The position numbers were made by a program, and so were the translations under genes. From the human T2T-CHM13v2.0 reference genome, Homo sapiens: 64,000 nt of DNA. The notes below the pieces were generated by a model that had not been told where the DNA came from, ran no database searches, and saw nothing but the letters and a program-made list of their open reading frames with translations. The number at the start of each line of letters is the position of its first letter. Position 1 is the stretch's first letter. Location of the stretch: NCBI RefSeq assembly GCF_009914755.1, contig NC_060929.1; one strand, written 5' to 3'. Positions 13,942 to 31,560 of this stretch are shown here, piece after piece.

Positions 13942-15989
13942 ACCAGGTGATGTTTAACGATCCTTTCAGCTCAAATGGCAAATCTACAAGCTAAAAATAT
14001 TCAATGGAAGTGTTTGGTTAAGCTACATTTTTAAATTGTTGTTGTATTGATGTTGTTGTTGAATTACAAAGTGTTTAAGCAGAGAACAGAGGTTCCAACT
14101 AAACATCAACACTATGCTTTCTATTGCTTCATATCCATCCCTTTTCCCTATTTACTTTATTCTGAAGGCATCGAATTTTCATATTTGTGATTTTTGGTTC
14201 TAAAGATATTCAATTCAGCAGCACCTATAAGGAAAGGGTCCCCCCCCCTTTTTTTTAACCATTGTGACTTATTGTCATCTTCTATGAATGAAAGTTCTGA
14301 TCTTACTCATCTGGAAAGACATATAGAACTGGGAAACTAAATTTTGAATACAATCTCTCATCCTGCCTTGTTCAGTTGCAGCAAGTTGGCTACAAAATTG
14401 CCCTACACAGCTATTGTATCTACTGCTGTATCAGCAGAATAAAGGGAATCTGATATAAAACCTTCAGAAAATGCAGATAGTTATTTTTTTTAAGTCTGGG
14501 AATTACAGAAGAGATGAAAGAACAGCTTCACTGTTTTCTTTCCATATATAAGGTATTCAACTGGAGTCGGGGTAGTGAGGTCACTAACTGCATTACAAAT
14601 AGCTGGATCAGGTGGGCTCTTATGAGAATAATAACTTAGTAGAATTCATAAAGAGAGAAAAGAAGGCGATACTGGGATTGGTCCTAAAACCCCTTTCAGT
14701 TCAAAGGAGCTGGACTAATGTGTTGTATCAGTGATAAATGATTTGCTATTGTCAAATCTTCCAAATGGCTGATAGTATAATCCACAGCCCAGAAGTCTGT
14801 ATGTATTTGAAATGTTTCGTTCCTTTGTAGGGAAAAATTTAAAAAGTAAATCCCATGACAATTGAAGTAGATGATATCTCTCCCCAGCCACCTTGATCCA
14901 TCCAGACATGTGACATATTTCCCTCCTTAATTTTGATCAAAAATTCTTTGGCATTTTATACAAAAGTAGCCCAAGTTACTTATTAAGATTTAGCAAATAA
15001 ACATATGAAATCTTCCACAATAGTGCCTAATAAAGAAGAAAAGATAACTTAGAAAATATATGACTGAGTTGGTTAAAAGTTCCTTATGACCACCTGACAT
15101 TAGACATGCTGCAGAGAAATTTATACATGTATTTCTTTTTGAATATTTTGGATATTAGGTACTCATTACTTCACAAGCATTGTTTTTCATTTTTGGACAA
15201 GTTTTAGAGCTTTCAACTATCAGTTGTATTCTGTTCTCCAAACCCACATAAAAAAAGTCATCTTCTTCAATGTGACAATTTTAAGTGTTAGGTAAAACAT
15301 AACTGTCTTTAATTTCCTTTTGTTAGAATAAATATTCTCAGGTTCTTCATTCATCCACCACATGCCATTGCTTTTTGCCCCATCATCATCCTGGTCACCC
15401 TTCAAGTTCTAATTTCCCAAAGACCTCCTGAAGCTCTTTTTGGAATTTAGGACTCTCTTTCAGTGTGTGATCTGACAGCCAAAAGTGTGGAGAGAGATTT
15501 CTATCTGCTTGTTTCTACACAAAAATTGTATTACACCCTTAAAGCCTTCATGAAGAAGAGCAGAGAGAAAAAACCAACAAATGCCTGTTGTTCTATTTAA
15601 CACAGTCTCAGATTGCATTAGCATCCCCCACCCCCAACTTTGGCAGCTTCATTTTTCCTTTTCAGTGAACTCAATCTTCACAGCTGGTTAATTCTGTCAC
15701 TTGAGTGTGTGATTCAAATGAAGCCAGGCTGAGGGCCAAGCCTTCCATGGACACAACCCACAGCCCTTTTCCCTGCCAATCATCTGCCCACAGACCCTTG
15801 GTCATGAGAGAGACTGACAAACACTTTGTTCTTCCCATCCCCTAAATGGCAAATCTGAGGGCAGAGAAAAAATAAGCTGGGTATTAGCAACTTGGGGTGA
15901 TAGTTCTGGATCTTCTCAGAATGGCTTGGTGACCTTACATAAGTTCTCTAACAGGGCTGCTAGAAGTTGTTGTAAAAATTAAATTGATA

Positions 15990-16249
<260 letters not shown>

Positions 16250-16263
16250 TTAAATTGATATAG

Positions 16264-16607
<344 letters not shown>

Positions 16608-17147
16608 CAAGCATTATATTCTTTTTGGAAGGTGAGCACATGATTTTATTAGTGGTCTGATAGAGCAGCTAAACATATTGAGCTTTGTTCAAGTGATGGA
16701 CTTTCAACTGTCCTTTTATTTTCTTCTCTATTGAATTCTGAGTATGGAAAATCACTTTCTTTACTGTCACAACTTTTGAACATTCATTTAATTCCCCACT
16801 ATATTATAAATACATAAAGGAGCTTTATTGTAGATTGAATTCTATTATGTTTAGTAACAGGTGTGAGGCAGTGTGATGGTTAATAGGAAGTAGAAGTGGC
16901 ACCACTCACCATTACCCCTAGTGACCCAACAGCAGAATTTTTGCTTCCTGTTCCCATGACATTATGTTCTGCTGGCCTAGAGGTCTTAGTTCCTGAGGGA
17001 GGAATGCTGCCACCCAGACACAACATTGATTCCATTGAAATGAAAGTTAAGACTGCCACCTGGCCACTTTTAACTCCTCATGCCTCTGAGTCAAAAGGTT
17101 AAGAAAGGGGTTACAGTGTTGGCTGTGGTGACTGACGTAGACAATCA

Positions 17148-17647
<500 letters not shown>

Positions 17648-17742
17648 AAGTTTGGGTCACTCTAGCAAATAAAAAACCACAACCAGCTAAGTACTTGTTA
17701 AAGACAAAGAAAATACAAAATAAATAATAGAAAAAGGTAATT

Positions 17743-18024
<282 letters not shown>

Positions 18025-18349
18025 TAATTATTAATACCAACTATGAACATGTGACCTGTTACAGAAATGAAGACTATGTTTGCTCATTTTGTTAAAAATA
18101 TGTTTGTGCATATATATATACCTGTATTAAGCAAATATCTTTATTTTCTTTATTCCCTTGACATGTAACATAAAATATATTGAATTCATGTCGGCACTTC
18201 AGTGTTAATTTTATGTGATAATATTTAAGGATTTGTGCATTTTTGCTTGCATGGAGAATAATTATGTTAGGCAGAATTATGACTTATCTTTAGAGATTAA
18301 GTATAATTTTAAAATATATATGGGTGTCAAGTTGACAAACAGTGGATTT

Positions 18350-19465
18350 TGTGATGGTTAATATTAAGTGTCAACTTGGCTGGATTGAGGGATGCCTAGA
18401 TGGCTAATGAGGTACGGTTTATGAGTGTGAGTGTGAGTGTGTTGCCAGAGGAGATTGACATTTGAGTCAGTGGACTAGGAGAGGAAGGCCCTCCTCAGTG
18501 TGGGTGGGCATCATTCAATCATCTGGCAGCACAGCCAGAACAAAGCAGGGGGAAGAAGGGGCATAAGCAGCTTGCTGAGTCTTCCAGCTCTCTCTTCTCC
18601 CTCTCTGCCTCTTTCTCTTCCTTTGTGAAAGGAAAATAAATCTTAGAACCCCAAAATCATGAAGCCAAAGGGAAAATTCAAGCTGAGAACTGCTTAGGGC
18701 AAATATGCCTCCCATTCTATTGCTTAAAAAGATAGCTAAGATAAGCTACATACCTCCCTGATAAGGAATTTCCTTGTGGACAAAGGACAGACAGAACTCA
18801 CTGAGATAAATGCATATCTATTTGATCACCTACTTTGATCAGAGACTCAAAAGAATGGAACAATTTGTCTCCTATCTATCCTATGACCTGGAAGCCCCCT
18901 TCCTGCTTCGAGTTGTCCCACCTTTTCGGATTGAACCAATGTGCATCTTGCACATATCGATTGATGTCTCCTGTCTCCCTAAAATGTATAAAATCAAACC
19001 GTGCCCGACCACCTTGGGCATATGTCTTCAGGACCTCTTGAGGCTATGTCAGGGGTGCACAGTCCTTAACTTTAGCAAAAGAAACTTCCTAAATTGATTG
19101 AGACCTATCTCGGATATTTGGAGTTCACACCTTGCTGGACACCTTGCTTCCTCTCCTACTGCCCTTGGACATTAGGCTCCAGGTTCTTTGGCCTTAGGAC
19201 TCCAGAACTTGGACCAGGGGTCCCCTGGGGCTCTCAGGCCTTTGGCCTTACACTGAGGGCTGCACTGTCAGCCTTCCTGATTGTGAGAGGTTTTTGTCTT
19301 GAACTGAACCTCACTACCAGCCTCTCTCTTTCCTCAGCTTGCAGAGGGCCTATTGGGAGACTTTCCTTTGTAATCACGGGAGCCAATTCTCCCTAATAAA
19401 TGTCTTTATATATATATACATACATTTTATTGATTCTGTCCCTCTGGAGAACTCTGACCAACTCA
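18350..19465 (+). mobile_element. MLT2B-like 3' LTR, split by a MER4 LTR
   Basis: TGTGATGGTTAATATTAAGTGTCAACTTGGCTGGATTGAGGGATGCCTAG start; TCTGTCCCTCTGGAGAACTCTGAC end. Confidence 0.85.
18624..19129 (+). mobile_element. MER4-family (ERV1) solo LTR
   Basis: TGTGAAAGGAAAATAAATC...TTCACA with 4-bp TSD CCTT at 18620-18623 and 19130-19133. Confidence 0.8.
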
Positions 19466-19889
19466 GGCAGAGTGGAGTTAGGAAAACAAACATTTCAGCT
19501 GTGAAATTCTAAACTAGAGGATAGTGATCTAAAACCTTACGACATTGAGCCACTCAGGGTTGTGGTAAGATGTCTTCACATGAGTCCAAAATCCATTACA
19601 ATGTTGCCAATGTAGTGAAATTGTCTTTGTTCCTTCACTTCTCACCTGCGGTATTTGGGCAAGCTTACACCTATAGTTAGTGATTGCTCAACCTCTGGAA
19701 CCCAGATCAGTGTTGCAAATACTCTCTGTGCATGTCTTCATTCACCTTCTTACCTGTGGCAGACTTCAGCCATTGAGTATAGCACTTCTTATGAAGCCCA
19801 AACATAGCCCAAAGTACTTTTCCACAGAGGACCAAAGAAACTCACTACTAGTCTGTGGCTGGCATAAGAATAAAATGTCATTTTAGCAT

Positions 19890-20080
19890 AATATTTAGAG
19901 TTCGACCATCTGCGTTCAAAGTCCATTTTCTCAACATAAGATTTAATTTCTCACTGTCTGTTTCCTCATATGTAATATGAAAATAATAATACCTACTTCA
20001 TAGAGTTGTCAGGATTAAATGAGAGAATGTAAAAATGTTAGAACAGTGTCTATACATAGTTAGTTCTTACTATATATGGT
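19890..20080 (+). mobile_element. MIR
   Basis: GTTTCCTCATATGTAATATGAAAATAATAATACCTACTTCATAGAGTTGTCAGGATTAAATGAG. Confidence 0.8.
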
Positions 20081-20099
20081 AGTTTGCAAGTCAATCTAA

Positions 20100-20454
<355 letters not shown>

Positions 20455-21839
20455 AAAAGCTTCTTTAGTGATAAAGCTGGATATGAGTCTTAGCAGTGAT
20501 ACACTTCATAGTAAGAGATGTTCAAGTATGTGTCTGTATGTTTGTGTCCAAGTTGATTTTTATGTGCATTTGGAATGAATCTAGAAGGACTGCGGTTTAT
20601 GTTTTTATATCTTGCTACTTCAGTTAACATTTGAATAGGGTCATTTGGTGAACATGAACACTAAAATATTCTTTCCAAAATGGGAACCAATCTGGATAAT
20701 GATAATACTTAGCCATTAACCTGAAGTTCTTCCATTAGTAATTCTATTTACGGAATTCCAGAAAAAACTACCAAAAGCTTTAGGAAGCAGGAGCGGGTCA
20801 TGCTAACCTTTCTGTTGGCATTTGATCAGGTCTTTCTGATTCATTCTTTTTTGGTCACACAGTTTTTGTCCCTGTGCCTGTCTTTAAAGTATTTGTGGGC
20901 TCTTGTTTTAGACAGCTTTGCTGAGATGCTGTTGTTACTGTTGTTGATATCAGAAAATATGCAGAAGTGAAAGAGAGTGAGCATGTTGTGTGATTTATGG
21001 GAGCATATTTATGTGTAGGTGTGGACACATGAGTTGTATATGTTGAGTTAAGGAAAACGAGCCTATTGTGTATATATGGGATGTGTGGGTGGAAGAAATG
21101 TATAGCTATGTGTCTCTGTGTATATATGTTTGCACGTGTGCACCCTTGGCAGTATAAAGAACAGCCTCTCCTTAAGTTGATTTTTTTTTTTTAAACTCAG
21201 CCTGTTCAAGGTTATCCTGTGGTTTCTTTTTCCCTTTGCTGTCTTTTCATTCTACTCCTTCTTAATCCCTTTCCTTTCACATTTCCACAAGTTTCACTCT
21301 CTCCTATTGTACTAAGACTCAACAGTTTACACCTTACTATCTTTCGCCTAGAGCTAAAGCCACCATGTATTTACCTGCTGAGGGCTTCACAGAATGACTC
21401 CACCTAGTCTCTCAATGGTTCAATATAAGATAGCTCATGTTCACCCAAAACATGTATCACTTCTGGCTTTCTTGGGTCAAATATGCCTGAAACGTTGACT
21501 CTCAACTCTTCTCTGCTGCTCCCTTTGCAGAGCATTTATGGTCTGCCAGCTCCAGCTAAACAGGGCAGATATAATTACTCCCCCTTGAATAGTGAGGATT
21601 TAGAGGGCTATGAGAGGGTCAGAATTAGACTGTGGAGTTCTACAGAGGGTTGGTAGGGAAGAACTCTGCAGATCAGACATGTGGAAGGGGCTTATCAATA
21701 AAATACTCCCAGAATATTCTTTTACATTCTAGCCTTTTTCTAACCCCCAGTATTGTTGAATTATTACTCATGACAGGCCTTAGTAGTGATCTGTCTTTTG
21801 CTTGACTATTATTACAGGTCATGAATGAGATGTATATCC

Positions 21840-22885
21840 TTTTTTTAGTTTTTATTTTTGGGGGATACATAATAGGTGTATATATGGGTTATATGAGATA
21901 TTTTGATACAGGCATACACTGTTTAATAATCACATCGGGGTAATTGGGGTATCCATCCCCTCAAGCATTAATCCTTTGTGTTATAAACATTCCAATTATG
22001 CCCTTTATTTTAAAATGTACACTTATTATTGACTATAATCACCCTGTTGTGCTATTAGTACTAGATCTTATTCATTCTATTTTTTGTACCCGTTAACCAT
22101 CCCCACTTCCCCTCCCCCACTCCCACTACCATTCCTAGCCTCTGATAACCATCATTCTATTCTCTATCTTCATAAGTTCAACTGTTTTAATTTTTAGTTC
22201 CCACAAACAAATGAGAACATGTGAAGTTTGTCTTTCTCTGTCTGGCTTATTTCAATTAACACATCCACCCATGTTGTTACAAATGACAGGATCTCATTCT
22301 TTCTTATGGCTGAATAGCCCTCCGTTGTGTATATGTACCACATTTTCTTTATCCCCTTGTCTGTTGATGAATGCTTAGATTGCTTCCAAATCTTGGCTAT
22401 TTATGCACAGTGCTGCAATAAGCATGGGAATGCAGATATCTCTTCAATATAGTAATTTCCTTTCTTTTGGGTATATACCCAGCAGGGGGTTACTGGACTG
22501 TAAGGTACCTGGATTTTTAGTTTTTTGAGGAACCTCCAAACTGTTCTTCATAGTGGTTGTACTAATTTACAATCCCACTAACAGTGTACTAGGGTCCCCT
22601 CTTTTCCACAACCTCACCAGCATTTGTTATTGCCTGTCTTTTGGATAAAAGCCATTTTAACTGGGATGAGGCGATGTCTCATTGTACTTTTGATTCACAT
22701 TTCTCTGATGATATCAACGATGTTGGGCACCTTTTTGTATACCTGTTGGCCATCTGTATGTCTTCTTTTGAGAAATGTCTATTCAGATCTTTTTCCCATT
22801 TTAAAATCAGATTATTAGATTTTTTCCACTATAATTGTCTGGGCTCCTTATATATTATGGTGATTAATCCCTTGTCAGATTGGAC
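21840..22885 (-). mobile_element. L1MA (L1MA1-3-like) 3' portion
   Basis: TTTTGATACAGGCATACA...GGGGTATCCATCCCCTCAAGCATT; TTTTGAGAAATGTCTATTCAGATC; possible TSD ATCCTTT. Confidence 0.85.
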
Positions 22886-24584
22886 ATCCTTTCCTTTTGG
22901 AGTGGCATTCGTAGTGAATTAAGTTCTGGATAAAGGAGTTGCCTTTGCTTCATGTTTAGTACCCATGTTGACAACCTGCTCTGTTAAAATTAAAAGTAAT
23001 ATTAATAATCGTGGCAGGTCATGAACAAAATCTGTTGGTATCACTAAATATTCATGCATTCTGCAGCCCTTATGTTCTGTTTACAGTTCTAGTAATTAAG
23101 TAGCTCAGAGCTTAGAGAAATAACTGAGTTTAATAACAATTATGAAATTTTAAAAGGTAGCATTTACATAATGCAAATAAGGTAATTAATTACAACCCTG
23201 GAGAGAGTTCTTGCCTGCTGGTGAACTCTAAGCCCACAATATTCACATTAGGTAAGCTTTACCTTTTTTCTTTCAATGACATTGACCTTCCAACTGTCCA
23301 TGGAAAGAGGACTACACCTTGGGGATTTAGAGGGTGTGAGCCTAAATATGGTAACTCTACATCTGATTCACAGGGTGACTTCAGTTTACAGCTAGTGCCT
23401 GATATATATAAAGCCCTTTGAATTTCACAATTTTTTTTCTTGTACATGGTCTCCTTTAAGACTTATAACCACACAAGGGAAGGGAGGTCAGATTTTACTT
23501 TTGAGGAAATAAAGTTACACAAGCAAATGAATACCTTTGGAAACATCTCAGCTGACAAACAGTCCCCTTGAAATGAGAACTGATCCACCATCTATTGGGC
23601 CAAAGGAGTGGGCCTCAGGCATGATGTCTAAAATTCATACACACTCTGTTCATACTTTTTGGTGAGGGGGAATTAGCTAGGCCTATCATACCTTCAGCTA
23701 GGAATTAAACATGGAAATGAGAATCAGGAATCAGTCTTTCCTTGTGGCTGGACCTATACCATGAAAACTTGGATTATCTTGTCTTCCACCAGGCAGACTG
23801 GGAGGTAAAGGAAAAAAAGCTGATTGTCAGAGAGAGAGAAGAAAGGGAAGCAATAATGAAAGAGGAATGGGCCCCTTGTAGTAGCTTTCTAGATCCCCTA
23901 TCCACTGCCTTTGGGACCCTGTTGGTAACTCTAGTGTGTTTTTATTGTTAAAAGAGTCTCGAGTAAGACAAACATTTTGCCTAAGTCAAAAAACTAATGA
24001 GTAACACAGAGTGAGAGAGAACTCAGGTTTTCTAACCACTAATGTATAGTTCTTTCTATAGCACTGCAACTGCCTTTTATATTTCTCAGGCCTCATCCCT
24101 CTATTCAGGACCCATCCTCCCTGTCATGAAGATGGAGCCGCCTTAGGGTTCTCGGATCTTAGAGTCTGGCTTCTAGCATGTCCAGATGTACTCTATCAGG
24201 ATGCTCCTTGATTCATTAAAATGCTATAAGAAGGAAACACAGCCAGCTGCCATTCTCTTTGCTCATCATCTTCCCTGGTGTCAGTCGCACCTCATTGCAT
24301 TTGGCAACACTCCTGACGTGAGTGACATTAGCTGGAGCACAAATCAGGTAGCATCTGCTGAGGAGCAGAAAAAAAAAATCACAAACACATTTATAAAAGG
24401 GAAAATAAAATCAGGGTGACATTCAAGTTGTCTTTTTGATAGTCTCTGTTTCTACATTTGTATTTAAAATAGATGGCTCCATTTCGTGGTGTTCTAATTT
24501 ACCTGTTTTTGAAGCCTGTTCCTAACCTTTACCTCAGAGGAAACTCACGACATTGAATAAATATAGTAGAACAGGAGTTATAAC

Positions 24585-24716
24585 TAGGGCAACCATGTGG
24601 GTCAGTTTGCTGAAGATGACCCCAGTTTAGAGTATTGTCCTAGTATAATTTTTAGTAGACCCTTTTCCCCTTTCAAATATGTCCTGATTTGGATGATAAA
24701 TAATTTGATCACCTTG
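24585..24716. mobile_element. hAT-Blackjack MITE (MER94-like)
   Basis: TAGGGCAACCAT...GTCCTGATTTGGATGATAAATAATTTGATCACCTT, with degenerate terminal inverted repeats. Confidence 0.6.
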
Positions 24717-24959
24717 GTAACAGTCTCCATTGGATAAACCATCCACCAGTGATACTTAGCATCTACTATGCATGACCAAAGGTGGTGTGTGTGTAATCAT
24801 GTCACCACTATCTCTTCCTTTAAGGAGCTTCAAATTTAGGGTTACCACAATAGCAAAACAGAACGGCAACTCCAGGACTCATCTTAACAGTGGGACCCAG
24901 AGAAAACAAGCCAACTGGTTATCAGTTTCCTATTCTTGAAATGAATGCATGCCAAGGCA

Positions 24960-25215
24960 GGGTATGCATGGGTCAAAGACAGAGAGTCTGGAGACAGACA
25001 ACTTGGGCTCATAACACTTCCATTTCCTAGTGCTGTGACCATGAGAAGGTTAACTGATTTTCTCAAGCTGCTAATTTCACAAGTATACATATGGATGATA
25101 ACAGTATATCCTCCTCCTTGTTGGAGTGCTGTGAGGATTAAGTGCTATAATGTGTGGTTGGGTAATTAACATAGTGCCTAGTGGAAACTAAGAGTTCAGT
25201 AAATGAGACCTACAG
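24960..25215 (+). mobile_element. MIR
   Basis: GCTGTGAGGATTAAGTG...AACATAGTGCCT...TCAGTAAATG. Confidence 0.7.
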
Positions 25216-25869
25216 TAGGATCCATAGCAACAAGTGCTTCTTGGATTAAAACTCCTTAGAATCAGCCTTTCTATCTTTCAAACTCAGTGACATATTAGGT
25301 AAGGCTAATCATAGAAATCCCATGGTTGGAAGGGCCTGTGCTATTTTCCAACCCGCACTCCCTACCACTCAGTGGTGGATGGTTAGTAGGTAAACAACAT
25401 TCCTCAGAATCATTCATCACATTTCTTCTCGACATTTTCAAATAGAGTTGTGACAGCAAGGCAAACTGTGTGCTGTAGGCTAAAAAGAACAGATGGTGTC
25501 AGAAGAATCTAGCATGTGATAGAAAAACATGGTATGTTTCCATCCAGCATAGGGAGGGGCAGGAACAGTGTGTACTGAAGAGCTCCTCCTTCCAGGTGGT
25601 GGGGTGGGAAGAGAAAAAGAGTTGGTGGGGTACCAACAGCAAAGTCCTTTGTGGACAAGGTCTGTCTATACTATAACTTCTCTGGGATTTCTTCCCTGAG
25701 TCTAGAAAGATGCTAAATTTTGTTAAATGCTGTTTGAATACGTTTCTTGGAAGTAGACTAGGAACACTTTCCATGACTTGATTGAACAAAGGCCAAAGAA
25801 CATAGACCCATTAAAGAAAAACAAATATAAAGCCAAGTATTTATTCAAATTATTACCTATTATTATCAT

Positions 25870-26115
25870 AGAAATTAATGGCTAACATTTATTGAACTAC
25901 ATGCCAGATTGAACTAAAAGCTTCGGAAGCATTATCTTATTACGTGTCTACAACTCCACTGTGACATACATGCTGGGATTATCCCAATTTTGCCTCCAAG
26001 GAAACTGGTGAAAGAGGCCTAGGGGTAGCACAGCCATTAGGAGGGGCGCCTTTTAACCTAGGTCAGTCTGACTCTTATATATACAATTGTTTTGTGCTCT
26101 TGACCATTATGCTGT
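25870..26115 (-). mobile_element. MIR
   Basis: GCTAACATTTATTGA...ATTATCCCAATTTTG...GGAAACTG...GTCTGACTC. Confidence 0.7.
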
Positions 26116-26918
26116 GATTAACTTGCCAGAAAAATAATCTATTGCAGAACTTGGTAAGCAAAATGCCTTTGGTTATCACTGTGTTTAAGGATGAAGTAAT
26201 ATTAAATAAGAGGAAGAAAAATTAAAATATTGAGGGCTAGAGGACATTTCTGGTTTGGTTGAAACTTTCTCCTGTTCCCAATATGAATTACAGGGCATCT
26301 GGCCTTACAGTTGGGTGCCTAGTCTTGTTTCACAAAGAAGATCAATTTATTTTTCTTCAGGAAAACATTCTGAGATTTTAGTGGTATTAAATGCCCGAAA
26401 GGTCTTCCTGCTTTTTAACCTAAGATGATCTAAGTAGAGCACAGGAAGTAGGAATTGGAACACAGTTCTTTTTGCTATATTTGGTAACATACCAGTTCCT
26501 TATTTGTTTTCTCTTTAGTTTTATTTTTAATTATATAAATATTTGTGATATGACTCTTATATGCCATGCTCTGTACAAACCTATAAATGACATGAAGGTG
26601 AGAAAAATAGACACAGTGCCTATCCTCATTAAATGTATTATCTTGATTTTTTCTAATAAAACAAAAAAGATTATAAAATTTTGCCACATTCAATAGTTGA
26701 GTGTGTTTAATTGTATTTTATCAATCATGTCTATTTAAAATTTAGTTGCTTGCGTATCTCTCTAAATACGTTCATATGCTATTTTAGAATAAAGCAAGAG
26801 AGAAATCAGTAATGCAGCATTTATAGCTGATTGCCTTGATTCAGAAAGATAAGAGGGTCAGAGCTTTACTGAGTGACCTAGAATAAGTTGTTACATTTCT
26901 CCAAGCTTATTTACTAAT

Positions 26919-27037
26919 TTAGAAAATGACCCTCTGCCCTCCGTTCCCTACAGGCAAACTGCAAATATATAGTCACTTCCCATGTGAAAATGCATCTGTC
27001 CCAGAGTTGAAAAGTACCTGAAGTCAGATGTCTGTGA
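26919..27037 (+). repeat. 119-bp direct repeat, copy 1
   Basis: 110/119 identical to 28076-28194. Confidence 0.95.
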
Positions 27038-27669
27038 AGAGCTGGTTTTAGAAGTACAAACTCTGTCTCCTTTTCCTTGTCTACCTTTAGGTGATTTACC
27101 TCATTTTGTATTAAGTGAGAGTGTCACTCCATTTTCTATTGACCTTGATGATGGCCCAATGTTAAGATCTAATGAGATGGGTGTGAAGATTCTCTATGAA
27201 TTTAAGGGTTTCTAGTTGAACAAAGCTGAAATCTGAGCTGAGCTGCTTAGATGAGAGATATGAGATGATTTCAGACTGCATGGTTGTATGCCTTGCAATA
27301 TTAGAGGATTTCTTTGTGGATTGTATGGGTGAAGAAGATGATGATGCAAATTATTTTCTGAATTCATTTCCCACTGTAACAAAAATATCTACTCTAATGT
27401 AATGTCTTATGACTGACCAAGTGGAAATGCCTGTACAGATATCTATCAATGCAGCTAATAGTCCATGCAATAAAATGAGTTCAGCCTCAAACTTCTATCC
27501 CTCCTGTTTCAGGAGAGATGTCCATAGCTCCTGGCACCAAGTCCCCAAATCTGCTTCCAGATTACAGCATATGCTCAGCAGGGAGCTGCTCCCTTGTCAA
27601 CAATGAGCATTAGTATAGCAGTTGGACTGGAAGGAAAAGCCTTGGTCTATTAGGAAGCCTGCAGAGCTT

Positions 27670-27684
27670 GGTTGCTAGGCAACC
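27670..27684. promoter_or_regulatory. Candidate RFX X-box
   Basis: GGTTGCTAGGCAACC fits the RFX palindrome GTTGC-N-GCAAC; motif match only. Confidence 0.4.
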
Positions 27685-28075
27685 CAGTCTGGAGGCAGCA
27701 ACCAGTGTGCACCAAGAGGAAATCTAGGGAGGTGGGTCTAGAAAACAGGGAAAAGCAATTCTTTTCTCAGAATCAGCTGAGGCAGAAAAAAAGTCAATTG
27801 TACTGCCTACCATCCAGGTAAAGAAGTGCTCCATATGTTTATTTATGCAGTACATTTTAGCATCAAAGTGTTAGGTGCCAACACTCACAGGTAACTCTAT
27901 ATTGTCATCTGGAAAATTATGTGACCTTGAGTAGGTGACTTACTCCAGCGTTGGTTTCTCTGACAGTAGCAAAAAGTCAAGGAGTCAGGTAGCAGCAGCT
28001 TCTCCTCATGCCTACCACTGCAGCCATCACCCCTGTGCATAACCCTTAAATCAGAGAAACACTGAGTCTGATCTA

Positions 28076-28194
28076 TTAGAAAATGACCCTCTGCCATGCC
28101 TTCTCTACAGGCAAACTACAAATATATAGTCATTTCCCATGTGAAAATGCATCTGTCCCAGAGTTGAAAAGCACCTGGAGTCAGATGTCCGTGA
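28076..28194 (+). repeat. 119-bp direct repeat, copy 2
   Basis: 110/119 identical to 26919-27037. Confidence 0.95.
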
Positions 28195-28642
28195 CAATCT
28201 ATCACTGAAAGTAATAGATTGTAAGCTTGGCAGATACAGATTTAAAGCAGGGCTCCTTCGCTTATTTTAGTTGTTAACCTTGGGCATGTTTCTTTGCATA
28301 GTTTACTCATCAGTGCTTGGGGCCTGACATATTTGTAAACAATGAATAGAGGCTAGTGAGCTAGCCAGTGTAGAGACTTGGGTTAGTGTCTCAGACTAAA
28401 ACTGAATGGCATGGTTAAAAAAAAAAAAGTACAGGAGAAGGAAGTGAACATGGAAAGGTCCAGTAATAGGAGTTGGGAATCCAGACTTCCGTGGGAGTCT
28501 ATGTCATCACCAAGCAATCAGTCCAAGTGGGATCTGGATCAATAATTAGAGTCAATGATCCCAGCTCAGAGGATGCACAAAAAGAGCAAGCGCCTGTGAA
28601 AGGCCACATTCCCAAGTATCACAGAGAACTACTACAGATCTC

Positions 28643-28762
28643 TGCTGAGGCAGGAAGATCGCTTGAGCTGAGTAGTTTGAGGCTGCAGTTAGCTACAATA
28701 GCACCATTGCACTCCAGCTTCAGAAACAGAGCAAGACCCTATCTCCAAAAAATTAAAATAAC
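28643..28762 (+). mobile_element. AluJ/FRAM-like 3' fragment
   Basis: GCTGAGGCAGGAAGATCGCTTGAGC...GAGGCTGCAG...GCAAGACCCTATCTC. Confidence 0.85.
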
Positions 28763-29479
28763 AAGAGAAAGAACCAAAATCATTTATTTTTGTTAACTCT
28801 TCAATATTTTGATGTACCGAATATACAAAAAAGTTTAAAATCTTTATAATAACATTAAATCAAAATAACTAATAGAATCAAGGCAAAGGAATATTAATTA
28901 TTGCAGATTCTTCCATTTGCTAGTATGTCTTCAATTAGCAAGTTAAGAAATCAAACACTTTTACTGTATTGTATTAAGTTGTATATTTGGAAAAGGAAAA
29001 TATTACTTGGGATTTTTCTTTGTTGTGATAAAAGATGGCATCTGTATTTCCAAACATGGAACAGTATTTTTCACATCTTACTTGATGTAAGATTTCTCAA
29101 AGTAGAATCATCACTTTTTAAAATGCATCTTTGAAATAAAGGGGGAAAATGCAGGCAAAAAAAAAAAAAAGTTCAGCAAATTGACTCCAAATTCAGAACA
29201 CTTCCAGTCTGAAATTTGTAATTTGCAGGTATCACCTTTCTTTGAGTGCTTTCAGAGGCTTTTGTATTCTTGGATCTGAGTATTTTGCTTTCCAGAAGAC
29301 GACATTTGCAGATTGTTTTCTATTGAATAGGCCTTGCTCTAAACAATGTGTATCATTTTCCTTTCTGAGCTCCCATCTCCTCACCAATAACAAGAAAAAT
29401 TGGCCTAGATGGTCTCTGAATCAACTTCAGCTCCAGTATTTTATACATTTTTCTAATACTTAAGAGCCTTGGAACTTTC

Positions 29480-31560
<2,081 letters not shown>

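Noticed and set aside
27061-27100. Strong polypyrimidine/AG acceptor (also 39800-39820; CAG/GTAAGT donor near 42428)
   Set aside because: No coherent exon chain or ORF. Such sites occur by chance, and lncRNA exons cannot be supported without transcript data.
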